A DNA stretch of 64,000 nucleotides from contig CDROCS010006174.1 in NCBI GenBank assembly GCA_977020255.1, positions 1-64,000 of the forward strand, read 5' to 3'. The notes beneath the pieces were generated by a model. It did not search any database. It was not told the origin of the DNA and was given only the letters and a program-made list of their open reading frames with translations. The stretch comes from Obrimoposthia wandeli (lineage: Eukaryota). This document shows, one piece after another, positions 18,497-30,423 of this stretch. Every line of letters begins with the position of its first letter. Within the stretch, counting starts at the first letter, position 1. The position numbers and the translations under genes were made by a program.

Positions 18497-19360
18497 TTAA
18501 TGTGTTCTATCGTTAATGAACTGCTCAAGTTGAGGGCGTTCAAATTTGTAGGTTGTAATACAATAATCACACGTCATTGAAACACTACCTTGTTCGACAA
18601 GAATGCTGTCAAGTTCGCTCGGTGCAATTTGAGAAATAGCACTTAAGCACTTTTCTTCAGAACAGCTGCACTTGTAAGTTACTGCCTGAGGTTCGAATAG
18701 TCGAACTTCTTCTTGATGATATAATCGATAAAGCAGATCTTCCGTTGCTAATGAAAATATTTCTTCAGGTTTTATGGTATTAGTTAATTGACACAGGTGT
18801 TCAAAGTCAGCTTGTTGTTGCTCTTTATCACCCGCATCTGGTAGTAATTGAATTAAACTACCAGCAACCTGTGAAGTTTCTTCGTCGCTATAAAGCCATA
18901 TTTTAGTCGGTATTTGTTCTGAAACTTCAAAATAGTGCGCTAAACATCCTGCTAAAGTGTCTTGCTCAAGAGCTACAACACCTTGATATGGTTCGCTATT
19001 ACTTGGGCGTATCGTAATAACCATATTACCTTTACCGATCAAATCTTTTAATTTGGTGGCATTAGTTTCGCCTGCCATACGCGCAATTCCGCGCATTTCT
19101 TGCAGGTTATTACCATTAACAGCCATGTAACCTACAGGACCATCGCCTTGTAATTGCACGGCTATTTCACCTTCAAATTTTAGGGTTGCCGTTAACAGAC
19201 ATGTTGCTGCAACTAACTCACCTAATAATTGCTTTACACCTAAAGGGTAATCATGTGCGGTGACAATTTCTTGAAATGTGGTGCTTAAATTAACCAATTC
19301 ACCTCGGGCGTGCAGGTTATCAAATAAATAGCGATTTAAGACATCTTTTTGCATGGTCAC
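18497..19360 (-). CDS. hslO: Hsp33 redox chaperone
   Basis: LQGDGP and PYQGVV motifs; C-terminal CSC...CDYC zinc motif. Confidence 0.95.
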   Translation of the reverse strand: MTMQKDVLNRYLFDNLHARGELVNLSTTFQEIVTAHDYPLGVKQLLGELVAATCLLTATLKFEGEIAVQLQGDGPVGYMAVNGNNLQEMRGIARMAGETNATKLKDLIGKGNMVITIRPSNSEPYQGVVALEQDTLAGCLAHYFEVSEQIPTKIWLYSDEETSQVAGSLIQLLPDAGDKEQQQADFEHLCQLTNTIKPEEIFSLATEDLLYRLYHQEEVRLFEPQAVTYKCSCSEEKCLSAISQIAPSELDSILVEQGSVSMTCDYCITTYKFERPQLEQFINDRTH

Positions 19361-19363
19361 TGT

Positions 19364-19777
19364 TTATATCCTTTCTTTTAAGTGCCGAATTTGTCGGCGT
19401 TGTTTCTTATCGGGTTTAGTGTCACTGGCTGGACTGAGTAAAATACCCTGCTTGCGAGCTAAGCTATTTTTTTCACGAGTTTCTAAACTGTCGAGTGTTT
19501 CTTCATAAAGAGTTTGGGCAAATGCTGCATCACGACGCTTATCTGCTAGTGCCTTTACAATAACGTGTTTTTCTTCAAAGCCTTGTCTAATGGTAATACG
19601 ATCGCCCAAAGCTACCGCTTTTCCTGACTTACTGCGCTGACCATTATAGAAAACTTTACCACCATCAATCATCTGTTTTGCAATGGCGCGAGTTTTATAA
19701 AAGCGCGCGGCCCATAGCCACTTATCTAAGCGGGTTGAAAGCTTGGCTTCAGCATCATTATCGTTAGATTTAGTCAT
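19364..19777 (-). CDS. hslR: Ribosome-associated heat shock protein Hsp15
   Basis: RLDKWLWAARFYKTR S4 domain; KPDKKQRR. Confidence 0.95.
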   Translation of the reverse strand: MTKSNDNDAEAKLSTRLDKWLWAARFYKTRAIAKQMIDGGKVFYNGQRSKSGKAVALGDRITIRQGFEEKHVIVKALADKRRDAAFAQTLYEETLDSLETREKNSLARKQGILLSPASDTKPDKKQRRQIRHLKERI

Positions 19778-19978
19778 TGCTTTACTTTTACTCTATGTCG
19801 GTGGTATAAAATTGTCGAAAGTTAACATAACACCAATATATACGCCAGTTTGATTATATTTGTTTACATTTTTTTAACTTATTCTTGTTAAAAGATAATA
19901 TGACGTCTTGTTGCTAAGCGTTAGGTCAAGTATCATCAAAGTGAATTGAAATTTCCAGATAATAAAAAATTATAAAAA

Positions 19979-20929
19979 ATGTCTTTAGCGAATAATTTAT
20001 CAAGCGTGTTTGAACAGCTCTCTAAGCTCCCCCAAAAAAGAATTACTCAGGTAATTATTTTGGTGTTACTTAGTTATATCGCCTATTTGTGTGCGCAATT
20101 TACTTGGTTAGGTTTGTCAGAATCTAATTATAATCCTAACTTACAATTGCAGACCTCATCTTCAGTTTCATCTTCATCTTCAAAACAAGTGAAGGTTAAA
20201 GATATTCAATCACTTAATCTCTTTGGTGCTTTTTCTCAAAACAAACAAGAGAAAGTTGCAGAAGTTGTTATCGAAGATGCCCCTGAAACACGTTTAAAAC
20301 TGATTTTAAGTGGTGTTGTTGCCAGCAGTGATAAAGCAACAGCCGCTGCGGTTATTGAAAGTTCAGGTAAACAAGAAACCTACAGTGTTGGTGAAAACAT
20401 TAAAGGCACGCGAGCCGTACTAGAAAATGTTTTTAACGATCGTGTAATATTGAAAGTATCAGGACGTTTAGAAACGCTAATGTTTGAAGGCTTAGTTTTT
20501 GACAAAAATGTCCAGCCTATGAATGTAAAAAGTAATAAGCCACAGCCAACAAAATCTTCTAGAATAAGTGCTAATTCTCCTGATGTCCTTGATCAACGAA
20601 ATAATAAATCATTAACTCAAACAACCAAGTCGCTGCAAAAGCAATTAGATGCTGACCCAGGAAAAATCACTGATTATTTGAAAATTTCACCGAAACGAGA
20701 CAATGGCAAGATTACGGGTTACCAATTAATGCCAGGAAAAGATCCAACCTTTTTCCAAACCGCTGGTCTCAAGTCAGGTGATGTTGCCGTACAAATGAAT
20801 GGTTTTGATTTAACCGCGCCAAGAGAAGCTGCTCAGGCGTTAAAATCTTTAAAAGAAGAACGCGAAATTTCGCTGTTACTCGATCGTAATGGCGAGATGA
20901 CAGAAATACTTTTCAGTATTAATAACTAG
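19979..20929 (+). CDS. gspC: T2SS protein C
   Basis: TM segment, HR domain (APETRLKLILSGVVAS), C-terminal PDZ. Confidence 0.93.
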   Translation: MSLANNLSSVFEQLSKLPQKRITQVIILVLLSYIAYLCAQFTWLGLSESNYNPNLQLQTSSSVSSSSSKQVKVKDIQSLNLFGAFSQNKQEKVAEVVIEDAPETRLKLILSGVVASSDKATAAAVIESSGKQETYSVGENIKGTRAVLENVFNDRVILKVSGRLETLMFEGLVFDKNVQPMNVKSNKPQPTKSSRISANSPDVLDQRNNKSLTQTTKSLQKQLDADPGKITDYLKISPKRDNGKITGYQLMPGKDPTFFQTAGLKSGDVAVQMNGFDLTAPREAAQALKSLKEEREISLLLDRNGEMTEILFSINN

Positions 20930-20955
20930 AATAATTAGAATAAAAGGAATAATAC

Positions 20956-23049
20956 ATGCGCAAATTATTAAGCGCACCTTGGTATAAGCGAAGCCTTACC
21001 GGGGTTGTTACTGCAGTTTTACTCAATAGTGTTTTGCTCTCTACTCATTTAAGTGCTGCAGAATACTCTCCTAATTTCAAAGGTACTGAAATTGCGGAAT
21101 TTATTAATATTGTTGGTAAAAATTTAAGAAAAACCATGATCGTTGATCCCAACGTACGTGGCAAAGTTAATGTGCGTAGTTATGACTTATTAACTGAAAA
21201 ACAATATTACCAATTCTTCTTAAATGTTTTAGAAGTGTATGGCTTTTCCGCGGTTGAGATGGAAAACAATATTGTTAAAATTATTCGTAATAAAGATGCA
21301 AAAACGTCTTCAATTCCAGTAGTGGGTAATGAAAACCCAGGTTCTGGTGATGAAATGGTGACACGTGTTGTAGAAGTTAAAAACGTGACGGTGCGTGAAC
21401 TTACCCCTTTACTACGTCAACTGTCAGACCAAGCGGGTGGTGGTAACGTAGTTAACTATGATCCCGCTAACGTTATTATGTTAACCGGTACGGCCGCGGT
21501 GGTTAACCGTTTAGTACAAATTATTGAGCGAGTTGATAAAGCAGGCGACCAAGACGTACAAATTATTAGTCTTAAATATGCTTCGGCCGGTGAAATGGTG
21601 CGTATTATCGAAGCTATGAATAAGTCGACGCAAGGCAAAGGCTCAGGAACACCAACCTTCTTAATTCCTAAAATCGTTGCAGACGAACGTACCAATAGCG
21701 TTATCGTCAGTGGTGAAGTGAAAGCACGTGAACGTGTCGCTAGATTAGTTTCACGCTTAGATAGCGAGTTAGAGTCAAATGGTAATACTCGTGTTTATCA
21801 TTTGAAGTACGCAAAATCAGAAGATATGGTCAAAGTATTACAAGGTGTGAGTGAGTCTATTGAAGCAGATTCTGCTGGTGCCAGTACTTCATCTAAAAAG
21901 AGCAAAACAAGAAATGTCAGTATTGATGCCCACGAAGATACCAATACATTGGTTATCACGGCTCAACCCGATATGTTGCGTTCACTTGAGGCGGTTATAC
22001 GCCAATTAGATATTCGTCGAGCACAAGTACTCATTGAAGCGATTATCGTTGAAGTGTTTGAAGGTGACGGTGTTAATTTAGGTGTACAGTGGTATCACGA
22101 GTCTGGCGCTATGTCGCAATTTACCAATGGCGTTACGCCAATAAGTTCGATTGCTGCAGCAGGTGAAGCAGCTAAAACAACAAAAGGTGATATAGTTCCT
22201 GCCGTATATTCTTCGGAAACGGGGAATTTGATTAGTGCTGAATATACAAAAAATGATATAGAGGGCGACTATAGCTTAGCTGCTCAAGTGTTAGGTTCAG
22301 TAAGTGGCACATTGTTTGGTATTGTGAAGAACGATTGGGGTGCAATCATTCAAGCGGTAAGTTCTGATACTAATTCCAACTTACTCTCTACACCAAGTAT
22401 TACAACGTTGGACAATGAAGAAGCTTACTTTATTGTTGGTCAAGAAGTACCTATTATCACAGGTTCTCAAACCGGTAGTAATAATAGCAACCCATTCCAA
22501 ACAGTTGAACGTCAAGAAATTGGTATTAAATTGAAAGTTACGCCGCAAATTAACGAAGGTAGTGGTGTGCAATTAACTATTGAGCAAGAAGTTTCTTCAG
22601 TAAGTGGCGCAACCGGTGTTGATATCTCTATTAATAAACGTGAAATTAAAACCACGGTAATGGCAGATGACGGTGCGACCGTTATTTTAGGCGGCTTAAT
22701 TGATGAAGACGTGCAAGAAAGTGTACAAAAAGTACCGTTGCTTGGCGATATCCCCATTCTAGGTCACTTATTTAAATCAACCAGTAACACTAAGCGTAAG
22801 CGTAATTTGATGGTGTTTTTACGTCCGACCATTGTTCGTGACGGCAAGTTGATGAACGACTTAAGTAAAGAGAAATACAACTATATTCGTGCGCTAGAAA
22901 TTGAAAAGAAAGCGGCCGGTTTAGAGTTAATGTCGGATGAAAAGCTACCAATTATGCCTGCATGGAACGATCAATTGTCATTACCACCATCGTTTGATGA
23001 ATACATGGAAAAGCGTGCTGAAGAAAAATCATCGGATAAAAGCGAATAG
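20956..23049 (+). CDS. gspD: T2SS secretin D
   Basis: N0-N3 domains, secretin core ([25 protein letters not shown]). Confidence 0.96.
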   Translation: MRKLLSAPWYKRSLTGVVTAVLLNSVLLSTHLSAAEYSPNFKGTEIAEFINIVGKNLRKTMIVDPNVRGKVNVRSYDLLTEKQYYQFFLNVLEVYGFSAVEMENNIVKIIRNKDAKTSSIPVVGNENPGSGDEMVTRVVEVKNVTVRELTPLLRQLSDQAGGGNVVNYDPANVIMLTGTAAVVNRLVQIIERVDKAGDQDVQIISLKYASAGEMVRIIEAMNKSTQGKGSGTPTFLIPKIVADERTNSVIVSGEVKARERVARLVSRLDSELESNGNTRVYHLKYAKSEDMVKVLQGVSESIEADSAGASTSSKKSKTRNVSIDAHEDTNTLVITAQPDMLRSLEAVIRQLDIRRAQVLIEAIIVEVFEGDGVNLGVQWYHESGAMSQFTNGVTPISSIAAAGEAAKTTKGDIVPAVYSSETGNLISAEYTKNDIEGDYSLAAQVLGSVSGTLFGIVKNDWGAIIQAVSSDTNSNLLSTPSITTLDNEEAYFIVGQEVPIITGSQTGSNNSNPFQTVERQEIGIKLKVTPQINEGSGVQLTIEQEVSSVSGATGVDISINKREIKTTVMADDGATVILGGLIDEDVQESVQKVPLLGDIPILGHLFKSTSNTKRKRNLMVFLRPTIVRDGKLMNDLSKEKYNYIRALEIEKKAAGLELMSDEKLPIMPAWNDQLSLPPSFDEYMEKRAEEKSSDKSE

Positions 23050-23051
23050 CC

Positions 23052-24632
23052 ATGAGTGATATCGATCCACAAACACAGGCTTTTGTTGAGGCAAGCGAAA
23101 CCACTGCAGTTGCTTCCGTTAATGATGACTTGTTAGCGTTAGTAGAAAATGACGTGCAAGAGGGTATTCGTTACCGTTTGCCTTTTGGTTTTGCCAAGCG
23201 CCATAGCGTATTAGTAGAAAATAATGACGGTGTATTGCGTTTAGTTTGCACCGACTTACTCGCTGCTAATATTTTATTGGAAGTGCGTCGCGTGCTGAAA
23301 GCACCATTTACTATTGAAATAAAAAGCGCTGAACAGTTTGAAAAAATGCTGACCATTGCTTATCAACGAGACTCTTCAGAAGCACAACAGATGATGGAAG
23401 ATATTGGTAATGAGGTTGATTTATATTCCCTTGCCGATGAAATGACCGTCACCGAAGACTTATTAGAAAACGAAGATGACGCGCCGATTATTAAGTTAAT
23501 CAATGCCATGTTAAGTGAAGCTATCAAAGAGAACGCCTCTGATATTCATATTGAAACTTTTGAGCAAGCGCTACAAATTCGTTTCCGTGTTGACGGTGTT
23601 TTACGTGAAGTATTAAAACCGAACCGTAAATTAGCCTCGCTATTGGTTTCGCGTATCAAAGTTATGTCAAAACTCGACATTGCCGAAAAGCGTATTCCAC
23701 AAGATGGTCGTATATCACTAAGAATAGCGGGTCGCGCTGTTGATGTTCGTGTTTCAACTATGCCAACAGGTCATGGTGAACGTGTAGTTTTACGTTTATT
23801 AGACAAAAACTCAACACGGTTAGATTTACAAGACTTGGGCATGACCGATGGTAACCGAGCCCGTTTTTCAGAGTTAATTGAAAAACCGCATGGCATCATT
23901 TTAGTCACTGGGCCTACTGGCTCGGGTAAAAGTACCACTTTGTATGCCGGTTTAAGCCAAATTGATAGTAAAGAACGCAATATACTGACCGTTGAAGACC
24001 CTATCGAGTATGCGATTGAAGGTATCGGCCAAACCCAAGTAAACACCAAAGTAGACATGACTTTTGCGCGTGGTTTGCGTGCCATACTGCGTCAAGATCC
24101 TGATGTTGTTATGGTTGGTGAAATTCGAGATTTAGAAACCGCACAAATTGGTGTACAAGCGAGTTTGACCGGTCACTTAGTGTTATCAACATTACATACT
24201 AACTCGGCTGCTGGTGCGATAACTCGTATGGAAGATATGGGTGTTGAACCCTTTCTACTTTCATCAAGTTTACTCGGGGTGTTAGCGCAACGGTTAGTGC
24301 GAACATTATGTCCGCATTGTCGTGAGTGTTGTCCAACAACAGCAGAAGAACGCAAATTGTTGCAACTTGATGATGACGACCAATCGCCAATTTTTAGAGC
24401 GGTTGGTTGTGTGGAGTGTAGCTTTAAAGGCTATCGTGGCCGAACCGGTATTCATGAATTAATTGTGGTGGATGATAAAGTACGTGAATTGATTCATAAC
24501 GGTAAAGGTGAACAAGTCATTGAGAAATTTATTCGTAAATCTACACCGAGCATCCGTCGTGATGGCTTTGATAAAGTCATGCGCGGTGAAACCACCATTG
24601 AAGAAGTATTACGTGTAACGCGTGAAGACTAA
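23052..24632 (+). CDS. gspE: T2SS ATPase E
   Basis: Walker [27 protein letters not shown]...CVEC zinc motif. Confidence 0.96.
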   Translation: MSDIDPQTQAFVEASETTAVASVNDDLLALVENDVQEGIRYRLPFGFAKRHSVLVENNDGVLRLVCTDLLAANILLEVRRVLKAPFTIEIKSAEQFEKMLTIAYQRDSSEAQQMMEDIGNEVDLYSLADEMTVTEDLLENEDDAPIIKLINAMLSEAIKENASDIHIETFEQALQIRFRVDGVLREVLKPNRKLASLLVSRIKVMSKLDIAEKRIPQDGRISLRIAGRAVDVRVSTMPTGHGERVVLRLLDKNSTRLDLQDLGMTDGNRARFSELIEKPHGIILVTGPTGSGKSTTLYAGLSQIDSKERNILTVEDPIEYAIEGIGQTQVNTKVDMTFARGLRAILRQDPDVVMVGEIRDLETAQIGVQASLTGHLVLSTLHTNSAAGAITRMEDMGVEPFLLSSSLLGVLAQRLVRTLCPHCRECCPTTAEERKLLQLDDDDQSPIFRAVGCVECSFKGYRGRTGIHELIVVDDKVRELIHNGKGEQVIEKFIRKSTPSIRRDGFDKVMRGETTIEEVLRVTRED

Positions 24633-24723
24633 CGAGTACACAGGCGTTGTTTTTACAACCACGCCAAGGGCTATAGCTCAATAACTATCGCCCGATAACT
24701 AGGTATCGATTAAATTGTAAATT

Positions 24724-25947
24724 ATGGCAGCATTTGATTATCAGGCAGTAGACAGCCGAGGCAAAAATAAAAAAGGGGTTATCGAAGGCGATACACCCAG
24801 ACATGTGCGCAATTTACTACGTGAACAGGGCTTAATGCCGACTGAGGTTACGCCATGTTTGCAAAAAAATAAAAAAGAAACCAAAAAGTCTATTTTTAGT
24901 GCCAGTAAAAAGATATCGGCAACAGAATTAGCGTTAATTACCCGTCAACTTGCAACGCTGGTTGAGTCAGGGTTGCCAATAGAAGAATCTCTAATGGCAG
25001 TTGGCGAGCAGTGTGAAAAAAATTCTTTAAAAAGTATGATCATGGCCGTGCGCACGAAAGTGACCGAAGGTTACGGTTTAGCTGAAAGCATGGCTGAGTT
25101 CCCACAAGTGTTTAATCGCTTGTTTCGTGCCATGGTGGCTGCAGGTGAAAAGTCAGGCCATCTCGATAAAGTACTAGACCGCTTAGCCGATTATACCGAG
25201 CAACGTCAACAATTGCGCTCTCAACTTATTCAAGCATTAGTTTACCCCATTATTATGACGGTTGTGGCAACCGGAGTTATCGCAATATTATTGACCGCAG
25301 TAGTACCAAAAATTGTTGGGCAGTTTGAGCACATGGGTGCTAATTTACCTGCAACCACTAAGTTTTTGATTGCTAGTAGTGATTTTCTTCGTGATTATGG
25401 TTTAGCGTTAGTTATGATTGTTGCCGTGCTAATGATGGTTTGGTCTCAGTTACTAAAAAAAGACAGTTTCAGGTTTGCCTTTCATCAGAAGTTTCTGGCT
25501 ATACCCGGAATTGGTAAAGTCGCTAAAAGTGTAAATACCGCAAGATTTGCCCGTACCTTGAGTATTTTAACCGCCAGCGCAGTGCCGCTTTTAGAGAGTA
25601 TGAAAATATCAGGTGAGGTGTTAGACAATTTATATATTAAGAAAAGCGTTCAAGAGTCGGCCGACAAAGTCAGAGAAGGCGCAAGTTTACGTGTGTCATT
25701 AGAGCAAACAAAGTTGTTTCCTCCCATGATGTTACATATGATCGCCAGTGGTGAAAAAAGTGGTCAACTTGAACATATGCTAGGACGAGCCGCAGATAAC
25801 CAAGATCGTGAGTTTGAAGCTATTGTGAATATTTCATTAAAAGCTTTTGAACCTGCGTTAATGGTGGTGATGGCTGGTATTGTATTATTTATCGTTATGG
25901 CTATTTTACAGCCAATTCTTCAGTTAAATACGTTAATAGGAAGTTAG
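24724..25947 (+). CDS. gspF: T2SS inner membrane platform protein F
   Basis: Duplicated T2SSF domains, AGEKSG motifs. Confidence 0.95.
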   Translation: MAAFDYQAVDSRGKNKKGVIEGDTPRHVRNLLREQGLMPTEVTPCLQKNKKETKKSIFSASKKISATELALITRQLATLVESGLPIEESLMAVGEQCEKNSLKSMIMAVRTKVTEGYGLAESMAEFPQVFNRLFRAMVAAGEKSGHLDKVLDRLADYTEQRQQLRSQLIQALVYPIIMTVVATGVIAILLTAVVPKIVGQFEHMGANLPATTKFLIASSDFLRDYGLALVMIVAVLMMVWSQLLKKDSFRFAFHQKFLAIPGIGKVAKSVNTARFARTLSILTASAVPLLESMKISGEVLDNLYIKKSVQESADKVREGASLRVSLEQTKLFPPMMLHMIASGEKSGQLEHMLGRAADNQDREFEAIVNISLKAFEPALMVVMAGIVLFIVMAILQPILQLNTLIGS

Positions 25948-25949
25948 AA

Positions 25950-26384
25950 ATGAAAGCAGTAAGAAATATTCGAGGTTTTACCCTGTTAGAAGTTATGGTT
26001 GTTATTGTTATTTTGGGTATTTTAGCCAGTATGGTGGTACCAAATCTCATTGGCAGTCAAGAACGAGCGAACGTGCAAAAAGCGATTTCAGACATTACTG
26101 CTCTAGAAACGTCATTAAGCATGTACAAAATGGACAACTATAAATACCCGAGCACTGAACAAGGTCTTGAGTCATTAGTGGCTGAAACTGACATTGAACC
26201 AGCGCCACGTCGTTTTCCTGAAGGCGGCTATGTAAAACGTTTACCTAACGACCCGTGGGGCAGTGAATATCAATTATTAAATCCAGGAGAGCACAGCTCT
26301 ATGGACGTATTTTCAATGGGACCAGATGGTGAAGCCGGTACCGATGATGATATTGGTAACTGGAACCTTGGCGATTATCAATAA
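25950..26384 (+). CDS. gspG: T2SS major pseudopilin G
   Basis: GFTLLEVMVV prepilin motif, DPWG, DDDIGNW. Confidence 0.96.
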   Translation: MKAVRNIRGFTLLEVMVVIVILGILASMVVPNLIGSQERANVQKAISDITALETSLSMYKMDNYKYPSTEQGLESLVAETDIEPAPRRFPEGGYVKRLPNDPWGSEYQLLNPGEHSSMDVFSMGPDGEAGTDDDIGNWNLGDYQ

Positions 26385-26424
26385 TCACAGATTGTTGATA
26401 ACAGATAAGTAGTAATTGACTATT

Positions 26425-27054
26425 ATGCAGCTTAACCAAAGCCGTTTTCTTATTCGAAAACAGCGTCCTCAATCAGGGTTTACCCTCATCGAAGTGATGC
26501 TTGTTATCGTACTGATTGGCCTTATGGTGTCTGCGGTACAATTTACCTTTTCTAGTAGTAAACCAGAGCAAGTTTTACAACAAAACAGTGCCCGCTTTGC
26601 GGGCATTTTTGACGTTGCAGCGGAATATGGTCTGCTAAATAATGTCGAACTAGGGCTTTTTGTTAAAGAAAACAGTTATCAGTTTTTAGGATACGATGGC
26701 GTTAGTTGGTCACCGGTTGCTGACAATCCACTATTTGAAGAGTTTACTTTACCTGAAGGCATTGAAATTGCTCTACAACTTGATGATTTACCGATAGACG
26801 AACCCATTTTATTCGATTCATCTTTATTAATTAATGAAGACGATGACAGCTTTACGGATGACGAAGATGAAGAGAAGAAAATTATTCCACAAGTTTATAT
26901 TCTCTCAGGCGGTGAAATAACGCCGTTTAGCTTAACGTTTTCATTTGCCGAGTTTGCTTTTGACGAAGATGAAAATGTTAGCTTTAAAGTTTCGGGCATT
27001 TATAGCACACCGTTAACGGTTGAGGGGCCTTTATCCGATGCTAACCATCGTTAA
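26425..27054 (+). CDS. gspH: T2SS minor pseudopilin H
   Basis: GFTLIEVMLV motif and gene order; start moved to the ATG at 26425. Confidence 0.9.
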   Translation: MQLNQSRFLIRKQRPQSGFTLIEVMLVIVLIGLMVSAVQFTFSSSKPEQVLQQNSARFAGIFDVAAEYGLLNNVELGLFVKENSYQFLGYDGVSWSPVADNPLFEEFTLPEGIEIALQLDDLPIDEPILFDSSLLINEDDDSFTDDEDEEKKIIPQVYILSGGEITPFSLTFSFAEFAFDEDENVSFKVSGIYSTPLTVEGPLSDANHR

Positions 27055-27436
27055 TCGTACTATAAAACAATGGCAAAAAGGTTTTACCTTAATTGAGGTA
27101 ATGCTAGCCATGGCGGTATTTTCTATTGCCGGTATCGCAATTTTGGGTACTGCAGATACTAACGCCCGAAATCTAGGTTATTTAGAAAGTAAAATTGTGG
27201 CAAGTTGGGTGGCATCAAATCAGTTAGTCGAAGTGACATTAGATACCTCATGGCCACCAAAAAATAATAAAAAAGGCAAAGTAGAGCTTGCTGGACAAGA
27301 ATGGTATTGGCAGCAAAAAGTTGAGAAAACTACCGATAAAAACCTACGCTCTATCGTGATGGAAGTTCGACTTGATGAAAAAGACCCATCGGCTTTGTCC
27401 ACGTTAGTCACCTTCATTGCTAAGCAACAACCATGA
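27038..27436 (+). CDS. gspI: T2SS minor pseudopilin I
   Basis: GFTLIEVMLAM and WVASNQL motifs. Confidence 0.9.
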   Translation: MLTIVNRTIKQWQKGFTLIEVMLAMAVFSIAGIAILGTADTNARNLGYLESKIVASWVASNQLVEVTLDTSWPPKNNKKGKVELAGQEWYWQQKVEKTTDKNLRSIVMEVRLDEKDPSALSTLVTFIAKQQP

Positions 27437-28113
27437 AGATTAAGTCGCGAGTTTTGAAACACACCTTACATAGCTATTCTCAGTGTAATGAACGTGGTTT
27501 TACCTTATTAGAAGTACTGATTGCAATTGCAATATTTTCGGTGATCAGTATGGCCAGTTTTAGTATTTTTCAAACCGTGCTTAATAGCGATACGGTAACT
27601 AAAGAGCGTACCGATCGTATTAATGAGTTGCAGCGCGGATTTCTTATTATCGAACGTGACATGATACAAATTGCTCGTCGTAGTATGCGACTTAACGGCG
27701 AAGCTCCGCTAGGTGCTTTTTTGCATACCGATAATGAAAACTTTAGCTCTGGCGAGAAAGGCATTGCCTTTGTACGTAACGGCTGGACTAATCCAGGTCT
27801 ACTGTTACCGCGCAGCGATATGCAGTCAGTAGCTTACAAACTAAATGATACGGTACTTGAGCGCTTACATTTTAACTTTGTTGATGCTGTATTAGGTGAA
27901 GATCCAAAAGTTAGGCCATTGATCACACAAGTTGAAAAGTTAGATTTTGAATTCTACGATGGCAAAAAATGGCAAAAAACATTAGAAGAGAACACGTTGC
28001 CTATCGCGATTGCTATGGAAATAGACACAACAGATTATGGCGTTATTCGTCGCCAGTTTCTGGTTGCGGGTGATAGTCTGCAAGACAAAAGCGATGCTAA
28101 CGATGATAATTAA
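27433..28113 (+). CDS. gspJ: T2SS minor pseudopilin J
   Basis: GFTLLEVLIA and RNGWTNPG...PRS motifs. Confidence 0.92.
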   Translation: MKIKSRVLKHTLHSYSQCNERGFTLLEVLIAIAIFSVISMASFSIFQTVLNSDTVTKERTDRINELQRGFLIIERDMIQIARRSMRLNGEAPLGAFLHTDNENFSSGEKGIAFVRNGWTNPGLLLPRSDMQSVAYKLNDTVLERLHFNFVDAVLGEDPKVRPLITQVEKLDFEFYDGKKWQKTLEENTLPIAIAMEIDTTDYGVIRRQFLVAGDSLQDKSDANDDN

Positions 28114-29107
28114 GCAACAAAAAGGCGTCGCATTAATCACGGTAATGCTGATTGTTGCACTGATCGCTATTTTAGCTACTCAGATGACAGCGCGTTTGCA
28201 ATTACAAATGCAACGAACGACAAATATAGGTTCAAATCAACAGGCTTATTGGTATGCCATGGGGGCGGAAGCCTTCGCAAAACGTGTATTACTACAATCA
28301 TTAGAAGATGATGCCGAAGTGACACACTTAGGCCAAATATGGGCTCAAGGCGAGAACACCTATCCGGTGGCTTTGGGGCAAATTACCGGTGAAATATCAG
28401 ACTTACAAGGCTGCTTTAATTTAAATGCTTTGCGTGCTGATGAAGACGATAATGATAACGCAAGTGCTGTAACTACCGCTAAAAAATCGATAACAAGAAC
28501 GGCTTTTGAAGAGCTGTTAATTGCATTGGCCATTGAAGGTGTTGGCAGCTTTGAAGCAGAATATATGGCAGATGCACTAACGGATTGGCTAGACACTAAT
28601 AGTGGTATTTCGGGCTCTGGTGGTGCTGAAGATAATGACTATGCCTCGAAAGAGTTTCCTTATCTCGCGGCCAATAACTATCTTGCCAGCTTTGCTGAGT
28701 TAAGAATTATTGAGCACTTTACTGTGCCAGTCATCAATAAGCTGCAGGAATATACCTGCATTTTGCCAAATACAAACTTGAATAAAGTCAACATTAATAC
28801 CATTGCGGAAGATAAACCTGAAATACTTGTAGCCATGTTAGGGATAAGTCAAAATGATGCATCAGAGGCATTGTCTGCCCGTGGAGATGAAGGCTTTCAA
28901 ACAGTTGAAGACTTTTTTAGTTTGGCTGAGTTAAGTAAAGCCGATATTTCTGCAGAACAAAAAAAACAGTTTGCCGTTAAAAGCGAGTATTTTAAGCTTA
29001 AAGCAACGGCAAGTTTTAATAATAGTTACTTTGCTTTGAATACCATTATGAAAGTAGACAATAAAAATAATATAAGTGTGATCAGTCGCATCATAGGACG
29101 AGAGTAA
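28094..29107 (+). CDS. gspK: T2SS minor pseudopilin K
   Basis: QKGVALITVM and DLQGCFNLN motifs; start refined from 28037. Confidence 0.92.
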   Translation: MLTMIIKQQKGVALITVMLIVALIAILATQMTARLQLQMQRTTNIGSNQQAYWYAMGAEAFAKRVLLQSLEDDAEVTHLGQIWAQGENTYPVALGQITGEISDLQGCFNLNALRADEDDNDNASAVTTAKKSITRTAFEELLIALAIEGVGSFEAEYMADALTDWLDTNSGISGSGGAEDNDYASKEFPYLAANNYLASFAELRIIEHFTVPVINKLQEYTCILPNTNLNKVNINTIAEDKPEILVAMLGISQNDASEALSARGDEGFQTVEDFFSLAELSKADISAEQKKQFAVKSEYFKLKATASFNNSYFALNTIMKVDNKNNISVISRIIGRE

Positions 29108-30423
29108 TGGGTGAAACCTTATTTATCCGTTTAGGCAGCCAAGCTGAAAATAGAATTCATTGGCTGATTAAAACCAACGGACAAGACGAAATTATCGCGA
29201 GTGGTGAGTTACCTAATGCGCAAGCCTTAGAGCAACTGACTGAAAAATCCCTTGCGAGGGAAGTTATCGCATTTGTGCCGGCAAGTGATATTGCCATTAA
29301 AAGCTTAAAAGTACCGGGCTCATCTCAACGAGCTATTCGGTTAGCCGCACCTTATATGCTAGAAGAAGAGTTAGCAGAAGATGTTGAGCAACTATTTTTT
29401 GCCTTTAATGATATCAAGCCAGATGAGCAAGGCCATAATTGCTTTTTAGCTGCACTTGAACGCAAGCAGTTAATGCTTTGGCAACAGTGGCTAAGTGACG
29501 CGGATATTTTTTGTAAATTAATTATTCCTGATGCGTTGGCATTACCGACTGATTTGGTTAATAGCACCGCGGTCATGCTAGGCGAACAAGTCTTGATTAG
29601 ACTTGGGCCATGGCAAGTGATGGCGTTTGAAACCAATGCTTGGCCCATTATTGCAAAACAGTTCACCGGGGGGCATGAAAATGCCAGTTCCAGTGACAGT
29701 TCAAATGGCAGTAAAAGTGATGATAAGCACGATACTAAAAATGAAGCAGGTGTTGAAGAAGAAGTAGAACGTGCTATTCAAGCCTACTCATTATTACCTG
29801 AAGTGCCAACAGAATTAGCGGTTGAATATTTACCGGAAGAACTGCCGTTAGCGATTTTAGCAAACCACCATTCACGTAAATTTAATTTGCTGCAAGGTGA
29901 ATATCAAGTAAAAGAAAAGCGCTCTGCAACTAACACCAATTGGCTTTGGGTTGCCGGTATTGCTTGTTTAGCGTTAGTCATGAACTTTACGCTTAAAGGG
30001 ATTGAATTATATAGTTTATCTAATCAGCAATCGGTTATCGAAGATAAGATTATCGCTAATTATAAAGACGCTTTTCCGAAAACTAAGCGGGTAAAAATTT
30101 CGACTATTCGTTCACAGTTACGCCAAAAGTTAGCTGAAATAGGTAACAGCGGTGAGTCAGCTGGTTTCTTACCGTTACTGGTTAAGCTTGAACCTGCGTT
30201 AGCAAGCGTTCCTGAAATTAAACCACAGACCTTAAAGTTTGATGGCAAACGTCAAGAAGTACGTATGCAAACTATTGCAAAAGATTATCAATACTTTGAA
30301 AAATTGAAAGTGGCGCTAGAGAAGGTTGGTTTGACCGTAAACTTGGGTGCACAAAATAATCAAGGTGATCAAATTTCAGGTTCATTCAGTATTACAGACA
30401 CTTCAGCTAAGGGGCGCTCATGA
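29107..30423 (+). CDS. gspL: T2SS protein L
   Basis: PYMLEEELAEDVEQL, IIPDALALP and FNLLQGEY motifs. Confidence 0.92.
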   Translation: MGETLFIRLGSQAENRIHWLIKTNGQDEIIASGELPNAQALEQLTEKSLAREVIAFVPASDIAIKSLKVPGSSQRAIRLAAPYMLEEELAEDVEQLFFAFNDIKPDEQGHNCFLAALERKQLMLWQQWLSDADIFCKLIIPDALALPTDLVNSTAVMLGEQVLIRLGPWQVMAFETNAWPIIAKQFTGGHENASSSDSSNGSKSDDKHDTKNEAGVEEEVERAIQAYSLLPEVPTELAVEYLPEELPLAILANHHSRKFNLLQGEYQVKEKRSATNTNWLWVAGIACLALVMNFTLKGIELYSLSNQQSVIEDKIIANYKDAFPKTKRVKISTIRSQLRQKLAEIGNSGESAGFLPLLVKLEPALASVPEIKPQTLKFDGKRQEVRMQTIAKDYQYFEKLKVALEKVGLTVNLGAQNNQGDQISGSFSITDTSAKGRS